Part shown: positions 37,362 through 49,892 of the stretch, one piece after another
How positions within the stretch are numbered: position 1 is the stretch's first letter
Layout of the letters: each line of letters opens with the position of its first letter
Assembly (NCBI GenBank): GCA_039545335.1
Contig: BCIN01000003.1
Coordinates: 1,178,001 to 1,242,000 of the forward strand
Length of the DNA: 64,000 bases
Origin: Kondoa subrosea
Lineage: Eukaryota
Direction of reading: 5' to 3'
Notes under the pieces: generated by a model
The model's input: the letters and a program-made list of their open reading frames with translations, nothing else
Told to the model about the DNA's origin: nothing
The model's database searches: none
Translations under genes and position numbers: made by a program

Positions 37362-38860
37362 TTAATCCGACTCATCGGTAGGAGCGATCCTTCGTTTCTT
37401 CTTTGGCGATTTAGGCGTCTTTACAACTTCTTCTTCGTCATCATCTTCTCGATCAGAAGTAGCAGGTCTGACTATCCGAGCAGGCGAAGTCAATTTAACT
37501 GATTCAGATCTCCGTTTGGGCGTCTTGGGCGGTGAAGGTGGTGCTTCAATATAGAAAGCAGAACTGCTCGAACCGCTTCCTGAACTCTTCTTTCCAGAGG
37601 GTGATCGAGCAAGACTAGCTGCTAGAGATAGATCATTCGGAAGATCTTCGCTTGATAACCGACCAGAAGATTTCTTTGGGTGCTTGGACGATCGAGGTTT
37701 AGCTTTTGAGGTATCTTCATTTGAACCAGAGATATAAGAGGACTTTCGCAAAGAGATAGGAGACGAAGTAGAGGATTTGTCTTCTTCATCTTCGGAAGCT
37801 GAATCGCGAATAACCCGTTTTGTGCTGCCTGGAGTTTTCCGAGGGGAAATCGGAAACAGCGTCCGTCTGAGTTTAGGTGTCTTATTTTCTTCGACTTGTT
37901 CCGACCCAGATTCTTCGCTGGAGGAAGAGGAAGAAGAGGAACTTTGAGGAATAGCTTTCTTGGTAGGTGATTTGCGATCTGAAATTTGAGGCAGAACTTC
38001 CACAGAAGCATCCGAAGAGCTGGAAGACGGAGAGGGAGATCGCTTGCGCGGAGAAGCTGAGCGTGAGATAGACCGACCGGAGCGTAAAGTTAGCTTTGGC
38101 AATTCGACCTGTTCTGCTTCCGAATGATCTGAACTTGATTCTTCGGCTTCTGTCGACTGGTTGGTTGAGATAGCTTTGGATGAGTCTTCACTATGATCTT
38201 CGTCAGTATTGGATGCGTAGATTTGTGCTTCTTCTTCAGAGTTTGACGCAAGGAATCCTCGCAGGTTACCTTCCTCATCTTCTTCATCAGCTGAACTAGG
38301 TTCATCGCCTTCTTCTTCGTATTCTGATTCTTGTCCACTATCTTCTCCTTCATTATCTGATTTCAGCCTTTGACCATGGTGCCTCATCACATCTTCATGC
38401 CTATAACTATCTCCAAAGTATTTTTCCAGCAGAAGCTTGAGAAATGGTTTCCGCTCAGCCAGCCATGGTCTCTTGAGCATCCATTCGGCCCAATTCTTAT
38501 CTCTGATTTGAGCAAGAGACTTGTTTCGATGCTTCTTGCCATATTCTATTCGAGCATGTTCGCAGTCTTCCAGTAACCCATCGAGGTACTTCTTTGCGGC
38601 AGCTTGATATTGTCTATTGGCCCAATTTCGATAGCGATAGACATCTGACCAATGACCTTGAGCCCATTCAACATGCTATATAAGGAAGAATTTCCATTCG
38701 TATGAGATGTCGTTATGAGCGAGCTCTTTGCCTTGATGCATTCCCCCTATCGGGAAAATGCATGAGTTGCTAGAAACGAGAGAATGCTTAAGAATGGCTC
38801 ACAAGGCATCACATATCCTCCAGCATCCTCATCGTTTATGTAGTCGTACGCCTCGACCAT
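37362..38860 (-). CDS. Hypothetical protein with small N-terminal repeated motif and long acidic/Ser-Pro-rich disordered region; in-frame TAG at 38676-38678
   Basis: 372-aa ORF whose frame is open upstream to 38675. Exon 1 (38860-38803) splices in frame at 38746. Motifs MPWGMHQGKEL and IEYGKKHRNKSL resemble each other. Confidence 0.6.
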
Positions 38861-39046
38861 GTCAGAGTCGAGTCGCAGCTCGGGTCTTCGCGCTTCACTA
38901 GGTCCTAATGGCTAGAACCAAGGAGCCAGAGATATGTTTACAAAATTTGCAAGGGTATCGTTCAGGTTCAAGAGCTGTGCCATTTAATTCTGGATCCTTT
39001 GTCACTCAGGCCACCACTCGCCTTTCAACTAAGTAGCATCTTAGGG

Positions 39047-40003
39047 ATGAGTTATCCACCACCTCTATCAAGTAAAGCCAAAGGCAAACAGCGAGCTTCA
39101 TCATCAACAGAAATGCTTTACCTGAATATCAGATTCACCTCAAACATTCCTGATATTCTTGCTTTCCCTCTTATTGATCCTACATTATCATCCAGACAAA
39201 TCAAAGCACAGATCAGGGACTTGAGACCTGATCAGTTGAGCGAGAGGAGCTTGAAACTCATCTATCTTGGTCGAGTAGTAACGGATGGGATCTTACTCTT
39301 ACCTTGGCTTGAAGCGTTATTGGTTAGACAACAAGGAGTAGCTGGGGATGGCAATATGCAAGATATAGGACTGGAAGAGGAGAAAGCAAGGATAGCAGGT
39401 CGAACGAAGGAAACTGCTGTTTGGTTGATTTGTAATGTTGGTCAAGCTTTGGCAGAAGAAGAAGAAGAGGAGAAAGTGAATGGTGGAGAAAGTACGACGG
39501 AAGAAACTGTATCACAACCTAGACAAGGTTTCGATCGATTACTCGAATCTGGTTTCAGTCAAGATGATGTGAACAATATGCGTCGACAATTCCACGTTCG
39601 AATGGATTCAAGTAACGTAGAACATGGTCCTGTTGTGATCGATGACGAGAATGAGCATCAAAGAGCTTTGGAAGATCAATGGATTGAAGGCATGGGAAAC
39701 AGCGATATGTCTAATCTGAATGGTGATACAAGTGGAGAATATACCACGCTGCTCAAGGGACTGATCCTCGGCTTCATTTTCCCTATTATGCCGCTCTTCT
39801 TCTTCCGGACATCTCTGTTCTCGAAGCGGTTTCAGGTAAGTAGAACCCGATGAGAGCCGAACCTACAAGCTGAAGACATACCTAGATGGGTATTTTGACG
39901 GGCATGATGGTCAATCTAGGTCAGTTCGCGCACATTGGGCTCGACAACACGCGCTGAAGATGCCTGTATCTCAGGTTTTGCTGTAATACAATTATTGAGC
40001 TGA
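39047..40003 (+). CDS. DSC3: Dsc E3 ubiquitin ligase complex subunit Dsc3 (ubiquitin-like domain, UBA-like region, TM helices)
   Basis: SSKAKGKQRA, LKLIYLGRVVTDG, VWLICNVG, GFDRLLESGFSQDDV..MRRQFH, RALEDQWIE, LLKGLILGFIFP, then spliced MGILTGMMVNL. Confidence 0.85.
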
Positions 40004-40344
40004 TTTCCGCTGTTGGTCATGTTTCATTAGTGTCATAGTGTGCAATCAATAACCTATGGCAACTGCATTTCAACATTTGCATCGATCGATATCTGAGTAT
40101 CGTCACATCACAATGCTTGTCCCGCACTGTCACTCACAAGAAACAGCAGAGAGAGTCGAGCCCGTTACGGCGCTATCAGATCGAATCTTAAGTGATTCTT
40201 GCAAAGTGCAAGTACCGCGGCTATACGTATCATCAAACGGTGTATTTGCTAGGATTGTATTTCGCAAGCTCTTGCAATCAGTCTGCCACTTGCTGTATTT
40301 GTGGCCCTTCTTCTCTCCTTCTCCTCCTACTTCTGCTCCCCTGA

Positions 40345-41911
40345 ATGCCGTATCAAACTCAAGCTCTTGTTTTCCGCGAATCGGCCTCTGCTGAAATTGA
40401 GGAGATCCGCTTGAGTGACTTACAAGATGACGAGCTACTAGTGGAGATGTGCGCTGTAGGAATCTGTCATACGGATATCAAGGCCAAAGCAGGCCAATTC
40501 TCTCCTCTTCCTCCTATGATAGCTGGTCACGAAGGAGGGTGAGCAAACCTTACCTGTCAATCTGTCTTTATCGATCTAAAAATATGAATAGTGGTGTCGT
40601 CAAGGAAGTAGGCAAAGGAGTTTCTGGGCTCAAGATCGGCGATTCTGTTATTCTATCTTTCTCTTCTTGCACCGCTTGCGCTTCTTGTCTGTCTGGTTTC
40701 CCTTCCTACTGCGATCAAATTGAAGCTGCAAACTTCGCTGGCAGAAGAAGAGATAGCGCATCTACAGTGACAGATTCAAAGGGGGATCACATCAACGCAA
40801 ATTTCTTTGGTCAAAGTAAGCCATCCTTTACATGTTGCATCTCGTTCTGAGCACTATATAGGCTCTTTCTCTCGTCTGGCGATAGTCAATGCTAGTTCAG
40901 CTGTCAGAGTGGATGTGAATCAAGACGAATTGAAGCAGATCGCTTGTTTGGGTTGCGCTTTTCAAACAGGTCAGCGAATTTGTTGCCTGACATGGTATTG
41001 CATATCTGAATATAGGCCTAGGCGCTGGAGCTGTGTTGTTTGTTCTGATAGTCGAAAATCGTTTACTACGGCGCTGAATACCGCTTCATCAGAAACGTCT
41101 GTCAACCAAAAGTTGGCGCTTCTATAACTGTTTTCGGATGCGGAGGTGTCGGTAGGTTGTATGACCGAGTTTACGACATTCACCTGACCATGTACTAGGT
41201 CTCGCTGCAATTAGTATGATGCCCTTCAACACAAAAGGGCCAGAGCTAATATCCAAGCAGTGGCCGCAGAGCTCTCTTCACCTCTACACCTGATAGCCAT
41301 CGATCGACAAGCTTCGAAACTAGAAGCTGCGATCAAATACGGGGCTACTGCCACAATCGATAGCTCGAGAGAGGATCCGGTTCAGCGGATTAAAGAGAGT
41401 AAGCTGTTTTGTTATCAAAATTCCTGCACACTGGAAGGCTGAAATCATCAACAGTCACCAGCGGACGAGGTGTTGACTTTGCTCTTGATGCAGTTGGCAG
41501 AGTCGAGGTTCTTTCAAGTGCTCAAAAGGCACTGGCAAGTCGAGGAATGCTGGTCACAATCGGCGGTGTTAGTCCTGGACAATCAGTGGAACTGGCTGTC
41601 GGGTTGCAATTAGTCAAGGGTCTGACATATAGAGGAACTCATCAGGTTCGCGTCCTTTTCGAGGCCTTGTATCGCTCTCATCTTTCTGTCTTTAGGGCGA
41701 CTCCAGTCCCAAAGTATTCTTACCTAAGTTGATACAATTATGGAAGAGCGGTAAGTTGATGATCTGTCTATTTTCAGGCCTTTCCTTACATTGAGCAGGT
41801 CAATTTCCCTTCAATGAGATCCTGACTTTTTACCCCTTCGAGGACTTTCAGAGAGCATTCGATGATTTACATCAGGGCAAAGTAATCAAACCTGTACTTA
41901 TATTTCAATAG
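40345..41911 (+). CDS. Zinc-dependent (MDR) alcohol dehydrogenase, aryl/benzyl-alcohol DH-like
   Basis: GICHTD, GHEG, structural-Zn CTACASCLSGFPSYC, FFGQ, GCAFQTGAGAV, VFGCGGVGLAA, GKVIKPVL. Confidence 0.92.
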
Positions 41912-41940
41912 TACAGTACATTTGTAATAGTACAGTACAT
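41907..41940 (+). repeat. Perfect 15-bp near-tandem duplication spanning the ADH stop codon
   Basis: AATAGTACAGTACAT at 41907-41921 and 41926-41940. Confidence 0.8.
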
Positions 41941-42183
41941 GTGCTTCTTTCGAATTGTCACCTTCATCTAGTTCGGAACAGTATCAAACAAATGGAAAGA
42001 CCAAGCAGAAGCATACAATGGATCAGCAGCCATCTGGAAGCGAAAGAGAGGAGATTCAACCTGACTCGGCGCGGTCCATAGCTTTTTGATAAATTGAAAG
42101 TAGGCAAGGCCATTTAAGCAACGACCGTGACAACATAATACAGCTGCGTCACACCCCCGTAGGTACTACCTGCGATACGCAAG

Positions 42184-42263
42184 AAGCTTGAACTTACAAT
42201 ACTATTACACATATACAGCATGATAATCGACTGATTGAGACTGAAGTACGGCTCTTATTTCCT
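42184..42263 (+). repeat. Degenerate direct repeat, copy 1 (partner 44534-44612)
   Basis: Manual alignment gives 68/80 identical columns with 44534-44612. Confidence 0.85.
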
Positions 42264-42289
42264 GGGTAGTCTTCCTGGGACTGTACAAA

Positions 42290-44240
42290 ATGTCCACAAC
42301 AAAAGAAGAGATTGCTGGCGATCTGTCGACTCCCAATGCTCTCTTGTCGTCCAGGCGTATCAAAGTACAGGAAGAAAACAATTCGAGATTGCAGCGAATC
42401 TGGGCGATCGGTACAAAGCGAGTGAATCTGCAGTTCGCTGCTGCTTGTCTTCAGGCTGCTATAGGTGAGCTTCTGTCTCAATCGTCGCAATCAAGGCATT
42501 TTACCTTTTTGTTAAACAGGCGGATGGAACGGTTAGTCTAAGTTACATGGCTGCGCGCTCATTCTTTTGCTCAGCGCCTGGTCTGCTATCTTCAGATGCA
42601 TGTGCAGGAGGTGCGGCTTCAGTTTTCTCGAGCCCAACATGATTTTGACAAGCTTCAAACCAGCCTTAATTCCCTACATGGAACGCTTCTATGACATCAA
42701 CTTTGTCCAAGGTATATATTAATCGAGAGACGAATGATCCTAGCCCACTTTGACCCAGTTTCTACTCTCTTTATCGGTGCTTTCTGTGGTTTCGTTATAG
42801 CTGGCATTTCAAACGTCTATTTGACTGATAGACTCGGTATGGGCAAAGTCGTTTCTGTCAGTGGTTCGCAAACCGTCGGGATATCGCCAATCTTCCTCGT
42901 TAGCTCGGCGCTTTTGGTCAAACACTTGGATACGCTGTTATTCTAGCGCCCCCTCCATTTGCCCTGTTTCCCATTACTTACGCACTTCTCATTGGCTTTG
43001 GTATAGCTCTGCAAATGGCCGCAACAGTCTCCTTCGTAGCCTCTCTTCCTGGTAGTCATTACAAGCTAAACTATTCCCAAGCATGCTATGGGTCAGACAC
43101 TCGCTCGTCCATTATCTCTGACTTACGCGCCATATAGTATTGGAGCGATGCTTTCTCCGTTTGCCGCTACTGCAATGACTTCACGCGGAATCAAGTTCTC
43201 TTACTTCTTTGGCGTCTCGCTTGGCCTGGCCTTCTTGAATTTCGTCTGCCTCTATTTGACTTTCGGAAGAGATCCAGAATATGCTTCATTGACGAAGAAG
43301 AAATCTATCCTTCCAGAAGAACCAATTGAAATGCAATCGGCAAATGCAGCAGCGGAAAATCGAGAAGATGCTCCCCTGTCCACAGCTACTAAGAACAGAG
43401 TCATGTTTACTAACAAGACCATCTGGCTTGTAGCTGCTTTTCTTTGTTGTTACGTTGGGTAAGCTTCAATCTGTCCATTCTATCGATACGTTTAGCAAGG
43501 AACTGATCCAATTCAAACAGCGCTGAGGTATCGATTGGAGGATGGGCTGTTAGCTTTCTGCTTATAGAACGTGGAGGAAATGCCGATGTTGGCTATGTCT
43601 CGTATGACTTCAGTCGTCTTGATGGAAAGTGCAATCTCACATGCAGGAATAGTACTGGCTTCTGGACTGGCATCACGCTTGGTCGTCTGATATTACCAAG
43701 AATACAAGCCAGAGTAGGCGACACTGTCTGCCTCTATACTTGTATTGGTCTTGCTTTACTTTTGGAATTTTCCGTCTGGTTTTGGAAATCTTTGATTGGG
43801 AATGGTATGCCAGAACCTTTACTTAACGGAATCATCTGACGGAAAAGTGATAGCTGTGGCGATTTGTTTGATTGGCTTCTTCCTTTCGACCTTCTTCTCG
43901 ATGGGTGTATCTGTTTTAACAAAAGTCTTGCCTCGTCATCTACATTCGGGTCCGTGCTTCTCTGGGTCTGCAGAATTAATTATGACTAATGTCGGAGAAC
44001 AGGTGCAATCGGATTGGTAGCGGCTGCGTAAGTGAACGAATTAGGCGCGTAAACCTATTCTCAATAGTGCAATAATGTCTGCCTAGAGGTCAAGCTGGTT
44101 CTGCAGCATTCCCGTTTCTCACAGGAGCTCTTGCTCAGCGCTTTGGGCCAGCGGCATTGCAACCTGTAATCATTGCTCTGCTACTGAGTATGGCTTTTGT
44201 GTGGCTATTTGTGCCTCGGGTCGAACATAGAAGTGAATAG
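42290..44240 (+). CDS. MFS transporter (Bsc6/fucose-permease-like)
   Basis: Spliced GGWNDACAGALIPYMERFYDI, LTDRLGMG, IGAMLSPFAAT, YVGAEVSIGGW, GFWTGITLGRL, GQAGSAAFPFLTGALAQRFG. Confidence 0.9.
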
Positions 44241-44299
44241 AAAAAGTGCATTTCAAACTACGTTCCTTGGACTACAGAAAACTACGGCACTAGAACCAG

Positions 44300-45300
44300 G
44301 CAGTATATGCGGTACTTAGTAACGAGCAGTAGCGAGCCGGACGGGGCGAACAGAGCAGAGGCAAACCACAGAGTATTAGGCATTTGATGGCGAGGGATGG
44401 ACTTCATGGACAGGCCAATTTAAGCGGTTCCAAGCGCTTCCATGACTTTCTCAAAGTTGGCAAGCAGCGATAATAAAAGCAGATTAGATTAGAGCTGCCA
44501 CACACTATGTAAGTACTTGCTATGGTACGTAACAAGCCTGAACTTACAATACTGATACATATATACAGCACGAAGTTTGAATGATTAAGACTGAAGTACG
44601 GCTTTATTTCCTAGTTTGAGATCTATGAAGCAATCAGATACAGTCATAACAGAGCAGTTAGCGGAAGCTTACAAATCCCTCATAGACGGCTGTTGACCTG
44701 ACATTGCAAGCTGCGTATTCCGCTCATTTGCCAAAGGTACAGCCCAAGGGGAAAGAATTATATCAAATCCCTGCAGCAGATCAGTCAGCTGGTTTCATTT
44801 GCCTCCAGTCCCATGCGTTGTACCTTGCCCACGCTGTGCAGTCAGCCGCCAGAATTACTTAGTACCAATGTTTCGTATGCGAGCAATGGGCTAACCCTTT
44901 ACCTATAATCCGAAAGAATGAGTCCAGAGCTATTCTATATGACAGGAGACTTACGAAGTGATGCACCAAAGCCCTTCTCAGCAGGCGGCTGTCAAATAAT
45001 GTCAGAATGCAATTCCTGAAACAATGACAGTAAAGACCTGTTCTACACTGGTTGACTTGGAATTGACTGATTGAACATTTGCTTCCATTCCACCAGTAGT
45101 GATGGTTGTCGCTCGATAAGAGCTGGTTGCAAGCTATTCTCAGGCATCTGATTTGGAGGCGGTGTGCGGGGTAAGAGCTTATCTCCACGAACGGGAAGCG
45201 GCAGACTAGCGGCAGGCAAAGTATAGCACCGAGAGCAGAGGCTCAAAGCAAGACAGAGCCAAAGCCTGCAAAGAACATAGAACAGAGACGGCAGATGCCT
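44300..45300 (-). pseudogene. Possible decayed multi-exon gene for a secreted/membrane protein
   Basis: Signal-like segment (SLFYVLCRLWLCLALSLCS) in a protein-like frame broken by TAG (45043) and a later TGA. Residual GTAAGT/GTAAGC donors. Boundaries approximate. Confidence 0.3.
44534..44612 (+). repeat. Degenerate direct repeat, copy 2 (partner 42184-42263)
   Basis: AAGCCTGAACTTACAATACTGATACATATATACAGCA...GACTGAAGTACGGCTTTATTTCCT aligns to copy 1. Confidence 0.85.
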
Positions 45301-45448
45301 GTCAGACGCGAAGCAAACAAACAACATCCATTCCATGTTGATACATACAACAGGTGCACCGGAAAAATATGTATCGTACAACGCTAGCCAACGTAAAGAG
45401 ATATAGAGAGAATATATGTTCATGCTTGTATATGTTGAAAAGGAGCTT

Positions 45449-46984
45449 TCAGAAAGTGTCGTGACTGATATCGATGCTGGGAACATCTGAAGGGCGAAGT
45501 CGAGCTTTCATGTTACCAGAGAGGTTCTTGCGAAGCGGCTTGCTCGAGGCGCTAGCTGGACGGCGAATTGTTGTAGGACTTGGAGGTTGAGGTGAATGCG
45601 CAGATTCAGCTAAAGCCAATGAAGATCGAGGCCGATCACCAGCACCTCGCAGAGTACTAGCTTTATTCAGTCGAGGAGCGATGGTAGGTGGACGTGTTGA
45701 GCGAATGAGAGATGCTCTGGGCTTGGCGACTGCCGCACAATTGTATCAGCATCACAGCAACAGCGACAAGTGCGATACTCACTCTTAACATTCTCATCAT
45801 TTTCTTCAATCGAGTCCATTGATCCTTTCTTAGCCCGAACAGGTTCATCCAAAACGATTCCCATTCTTAACGCAGCCGCTTTGCTCAGCCGAACCGGAGC
45901 AGAGGGTTGTTTGATGCTTTCAATGGCGACCTGAAGACTCTTTCTTCTGAAACCAGGTACATTCTCAAAAGCTGGATTAGCTCCTCTTTCTGCTGTTCCA
46001 GTGCTTTGCCTTCTTGCTCCATCTTTTGCTTGCACCTCTCCTCCCGCTCTCAAAGCCGCTGCTCTATTCTGCCTGACTACAATATCTGGCGCTTTGATAG
46101 CAGCAACGACTGGTTGCAAGCTCCTTCGTCGATGTCCAGGTGTATCAGCGAACAAATCAGAAGCGGATCTTTCAGATGTTCCGGTAGTTTGTCTTCTGCC
46201 TACGGATGGTTTGCTGCCCGGTTCAGCGCCTTCGTACTTCTCTCCAGATGCTCGAATTTGGGCTGCTCTGTTTGTACGAACCGGTATAGTTGGTACAGCA
46301 AGGGATTTGGGTACTGGTCGAGCTGTCAGGGGGGCAGCAGATATAGGTTCTGGGCTTGATGTGCCAGAGGTAGAGGATCTTTTATGCGCTGAGGAAGATG
46401 TAGGAGGTGTCAGGCCCATTCTTAGCATTGCGGATTTGGTCAACCGTGGTCCTACTGTAGAGGCTTTGGGCATTGGTCGAGCTTTGAAAGTGGAAGCAGA
46501 GTTTTCGGTCACAGGTGGTGATATACTGCTGGTAATCGAGGCTTCTGTGAGAGGAGAAGTTGGTTCATTGAAGGTGAAGACACGCCCTTCTGCTTCTATT
46601 TTGACTTCTGGCTGATCATCTGGTATATCTGAGCTGACCAAATAATCTGGGAAGAGCTTCGTCATCGCTTCTGCTACTTTGCCAGCTTCACTGATGTATG
46701 TAGCATTATCGCTTTATGCGCATGAGCGGAGTCCGCACAAACTGCCTGAAAGATACTCACCCAGTGATACTGCCTTCCAGCTCACCAGAAGTGTCACAGC
46801 CTTGATACAACAGAACTTCGTTCAATCCGCTTCCCAGCTCTTCGATTTGGCCAAATCCATGTATAGACTTTCGTGCAAGAACCTCAAATCCGCGTGAAGC
46901 CAGCTCCTCTTGCGCTTCATTGATCTGCGCCGTATTGATAGCATCATTGACGCGAAAGATGACCAGTCCAAACGCCTTCGACAT
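45449..46984 (-). CDS. Putative microtubule-associated protein with FKARP motif and basic tandem repeats (3 exons)
   Basis: FKARPMP. Repeats PRLTKSAMLRMG, VRTNRAAQIRAS, VRQNRAAALRAG, VRLSKAAALRMG, PRLNKASTLRGA, plus FADTPGHRRRS and FENVPGFRRKS. Confidence 0.65.
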
Positions 46985-47230
46985 CTTTCTTTGGCTAGAT
47001 AAAGTTTGTGTGTTTATTTATGCAAGCGCGAGCTAACGCAAGATATAGGTGGATGATCTGCCGTCTAGCCCGAGCTAGGCAGTAAGAGCAAGCAGAGAGC
47101 AGCAGAAGTGAAACAAGTGAATGGTTCGAAGCAAGAACAATGTTGCGAACAATGCGCACAAGACTCCAAGAGCCACAGGGAACGAATGAAAATACTGTAA
47201 TTTCTATGCAACATGATGAGTTGAGCTGTT

Positions 47231-49764
47231 CTACTTGTCTTCTATAACATCCTCTCTCTTGAGTTTGAGCTTTTGCGCTTGAGCTACTATTTCTGCCGAT
47301 TGATCATCAAGCAATACACCTGTTACGCGATAATCAGCTTGTATTCTAGTTAGTAGATAGAACGCACCTAGTCCCTCATTCTCTGCAAGTGATAAGATCT
47401 CCTGCAAAGTGACGAAACCATCGTGATCGATATCGAGCTTGTCAACCAAAACATCAATCTGATCTTCTGAAGGTGCATGTCTGATTTCGCGAAGGGCCTT
47501 CTTCAGATCAGCGAGGACGAGTTTACCATCTTCTCCTACGGCGATTGTATTCATCTTGTTACCAACTTCCGCGTCATCTATTCAACAATATTAGCTCGTT
47601 CCTTTCACCAATCATGCATGACCGACATTCTTCAAGCTGTTTGTCGACCTTTTGAATCATCGACTTGATCCTCTTGGCTAATCCAGAAACTGTCGAGTCC
47701 TTCTCTTCGGCGTCATCTTGAGTCTTTTGATTTTCTTCCATCAGTTTCTTAAGCTCTTCACGTTCTTGGAGTACACTAGATTTGGCTGATAGGATTGAAA
47801 GAGCAGCACCGAGCTCATCAATCTGTTCACTTGTCATCCGAACATCATCTGCTTCCTCGGCGTGTTCGATAGCAGCTTTGACCTATGAACACGAGAACAG
47901 AATGAGCCAAAATTTGGCATCACAAGACCTCATCTCACCTCTGATTCAGGAAGCATATCTTGAGCCTTCTCTTTCTCTTCTTCAGTTTTGAGTTTCTCAG
48001 CTTCTTCCTGTTTCGATCTTTCTTCCGCTTCGGCTTCTTCTTTTCTAGCAGCCCGATCATTGGCTTCCCTCTGTACAAGTAACACGGCTCCCCATCAGAT
48101 GAATCTGAAGTAATCCGCATTTCTTCGCACCTCTTCTTGCTCTGCCTCATCTTCAATAAGATCTTCTTGTTCTTCTAAGACCTCCAACTTCTTCTTGAAA
48201 TCATTCTGATCACCAGAGACTTCCATCTCCGTTTCGTTGAGCTGTGCAATTTGCATAATTCTCTATCAGTCTTCACGCTGAAGAAGAGAATTATGATCAA
48301 CGCACCAAAGCATCAGGTAAACTGCTCAAAGTATTTTTCAACGAGATAAGGTATCCATCCGTAGTATTAGCTTCATTGAAGGAGAAAGCTCTAGAAAGGA
48401 TCAAAAGAGTGCCACTCAGTTCTCGATGAAGATGTAGATCGATCCATTGGGCCAAGTTCTCGCGTTGTTTCTCAATAGGTACACCTGTTGATCTGATGGC
48501 TCGAGATTGACAAGCTGCTGCTAGTTCGGCATCTTGAAGTGATTCGATACCTTCTTCTTCAATCACCTGTGCGTCCGCAAAATATCGCTAAGCAATTACA
48601 TACTGACGGATATCGCAACCGCACCTTATCATCATCTCTGATCTTAGTCATACGAGCTCGAATAGTGTGACGCAAGAATTGATCCGTTCCATAAGCATTG
48701 ATATTGAGGTAGCTTTTACAAAGTATGGGCCTTGTACATCAGCGAAGGATCAAGATTGGCTTACCGACATAAGGATACAAGTTGCGGTCGAGATAAATTG
48801 TCCAAAGTCAAGTCATCCTCAAACAATCGAGCAGTCTTGACTATATCATCTGTTGAAGGTTGTTCACCAGTTGACCGGACCTGTCGGGTCGGAGTTGGTT
48901 CATCAGGATATACTGATTCACCATAGCCATCACCGACCTTTCGGAAGAACTCTTTGAATTCTGCTGAATTGACAATCTTGTTTGGCGATTTGACACCTGT
49001 TTCACGTAGTGTTTCTTGCAAGAACTTTGCCATTTCTATTCGGACCTTCAAGAGTTTCCTCTTCTTTTCGTCCTGTACGCAAACGTAGCTTCTAGATCAC
49101 ATCGATGTGAAGAAACAATCTGACGCACCTCTTTATATTTATCGGTGAATGTTGAAGGTAGCATATTTGGGAAGAGCTTGAGAGCGACAGGTAGTAGCAA
49201 TTCCATGAAAGGAATGAGTACGAAGACGGAGAAAGGTATAAGACGAAGTAAATCATTGGTCGTGCGCTTCAATTGACGTTGTTCTCTTCTGGTCAATCGA
49301 TTTCCTCTCATCAACCTGACCAACAATCTCGTACTGATCCTAATTTCTTTACCCAACAATCGAGTTCCATGCCAATAATGTAATGCTTCTTTCTTGACTG
49401 TAGCTTTGATCCGAGTCCAGCGAGAACCTTTGGGATCAGAGACCGGCCGAGTTAAACCAGATCTTTCGGCACTCTTCTCATTGCTAAGGTGTTTAGTAGC
49501 GACTACAGGTTTCGCTTCGCCTTGCTTTGCTATTTCTATCGATTCTTGCTTACTTTGAGGTTGCTTGACAATTGATGGAAGCGGAGGAGGGGGCGGTTGA
49601 GATGCAGCTGTAGTAGAAGTCTGTGTACTTTGATACCGAGCAGCTCTTGCAGACCAGGATGTCAAAGCAGGAGCAAAGAGGAATCGAGCATCTTGGTGAG
49701 GATTGGATGATCTTGCTGCTACACTCTTGTACAAGGAGCGTAAAGCGATAGCATGCAATGACAT
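47231..49764 (-). CDS. MDM38: Mitochondrial LETM1/Mdm38 family inner-membrane protein with C-terminal EF-hand
   Basis: Presequence; KEALHYWHGTRLL, LTRREQRQLKRT, IPFMELLLPVALKLFPNMLPSTF, LFEDDLTLDNLSRPQL; EF-hand loop DIDHDGFVTLQE. Confidence 0.95.
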
Positions 49765-49892
49765 TCAAAGGTATCAGTCCAAGCAGAACACAGGTGTATA
49801 ATCCAAAGTCCAGTCGTCGTCCTGCTCAAGCACATTTCAATTTTTTGCGAGAACAAGTGGTTGCCGAAGAACCGCGTCACATAAGCCTAGCA

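Noticed and set aside
40345..44240. ADH plus MFS as a secondary-metabolite cluster
   Set aside because: No backbone enzyme or pathway regulator nearby.
46001..46615. 204-aa plus-strand ORF and similar antisense ORFs elsewhere
   Set aside because: Antisense shadows of real minus-strand coding sequence.
48880..48940. Apparent insertion in MDM38 (VGDGYGESVYPDEPTPTRQ)
   Set aside because: In-frame intron bounded by GT and CAG; the family sequence is continuous without it.
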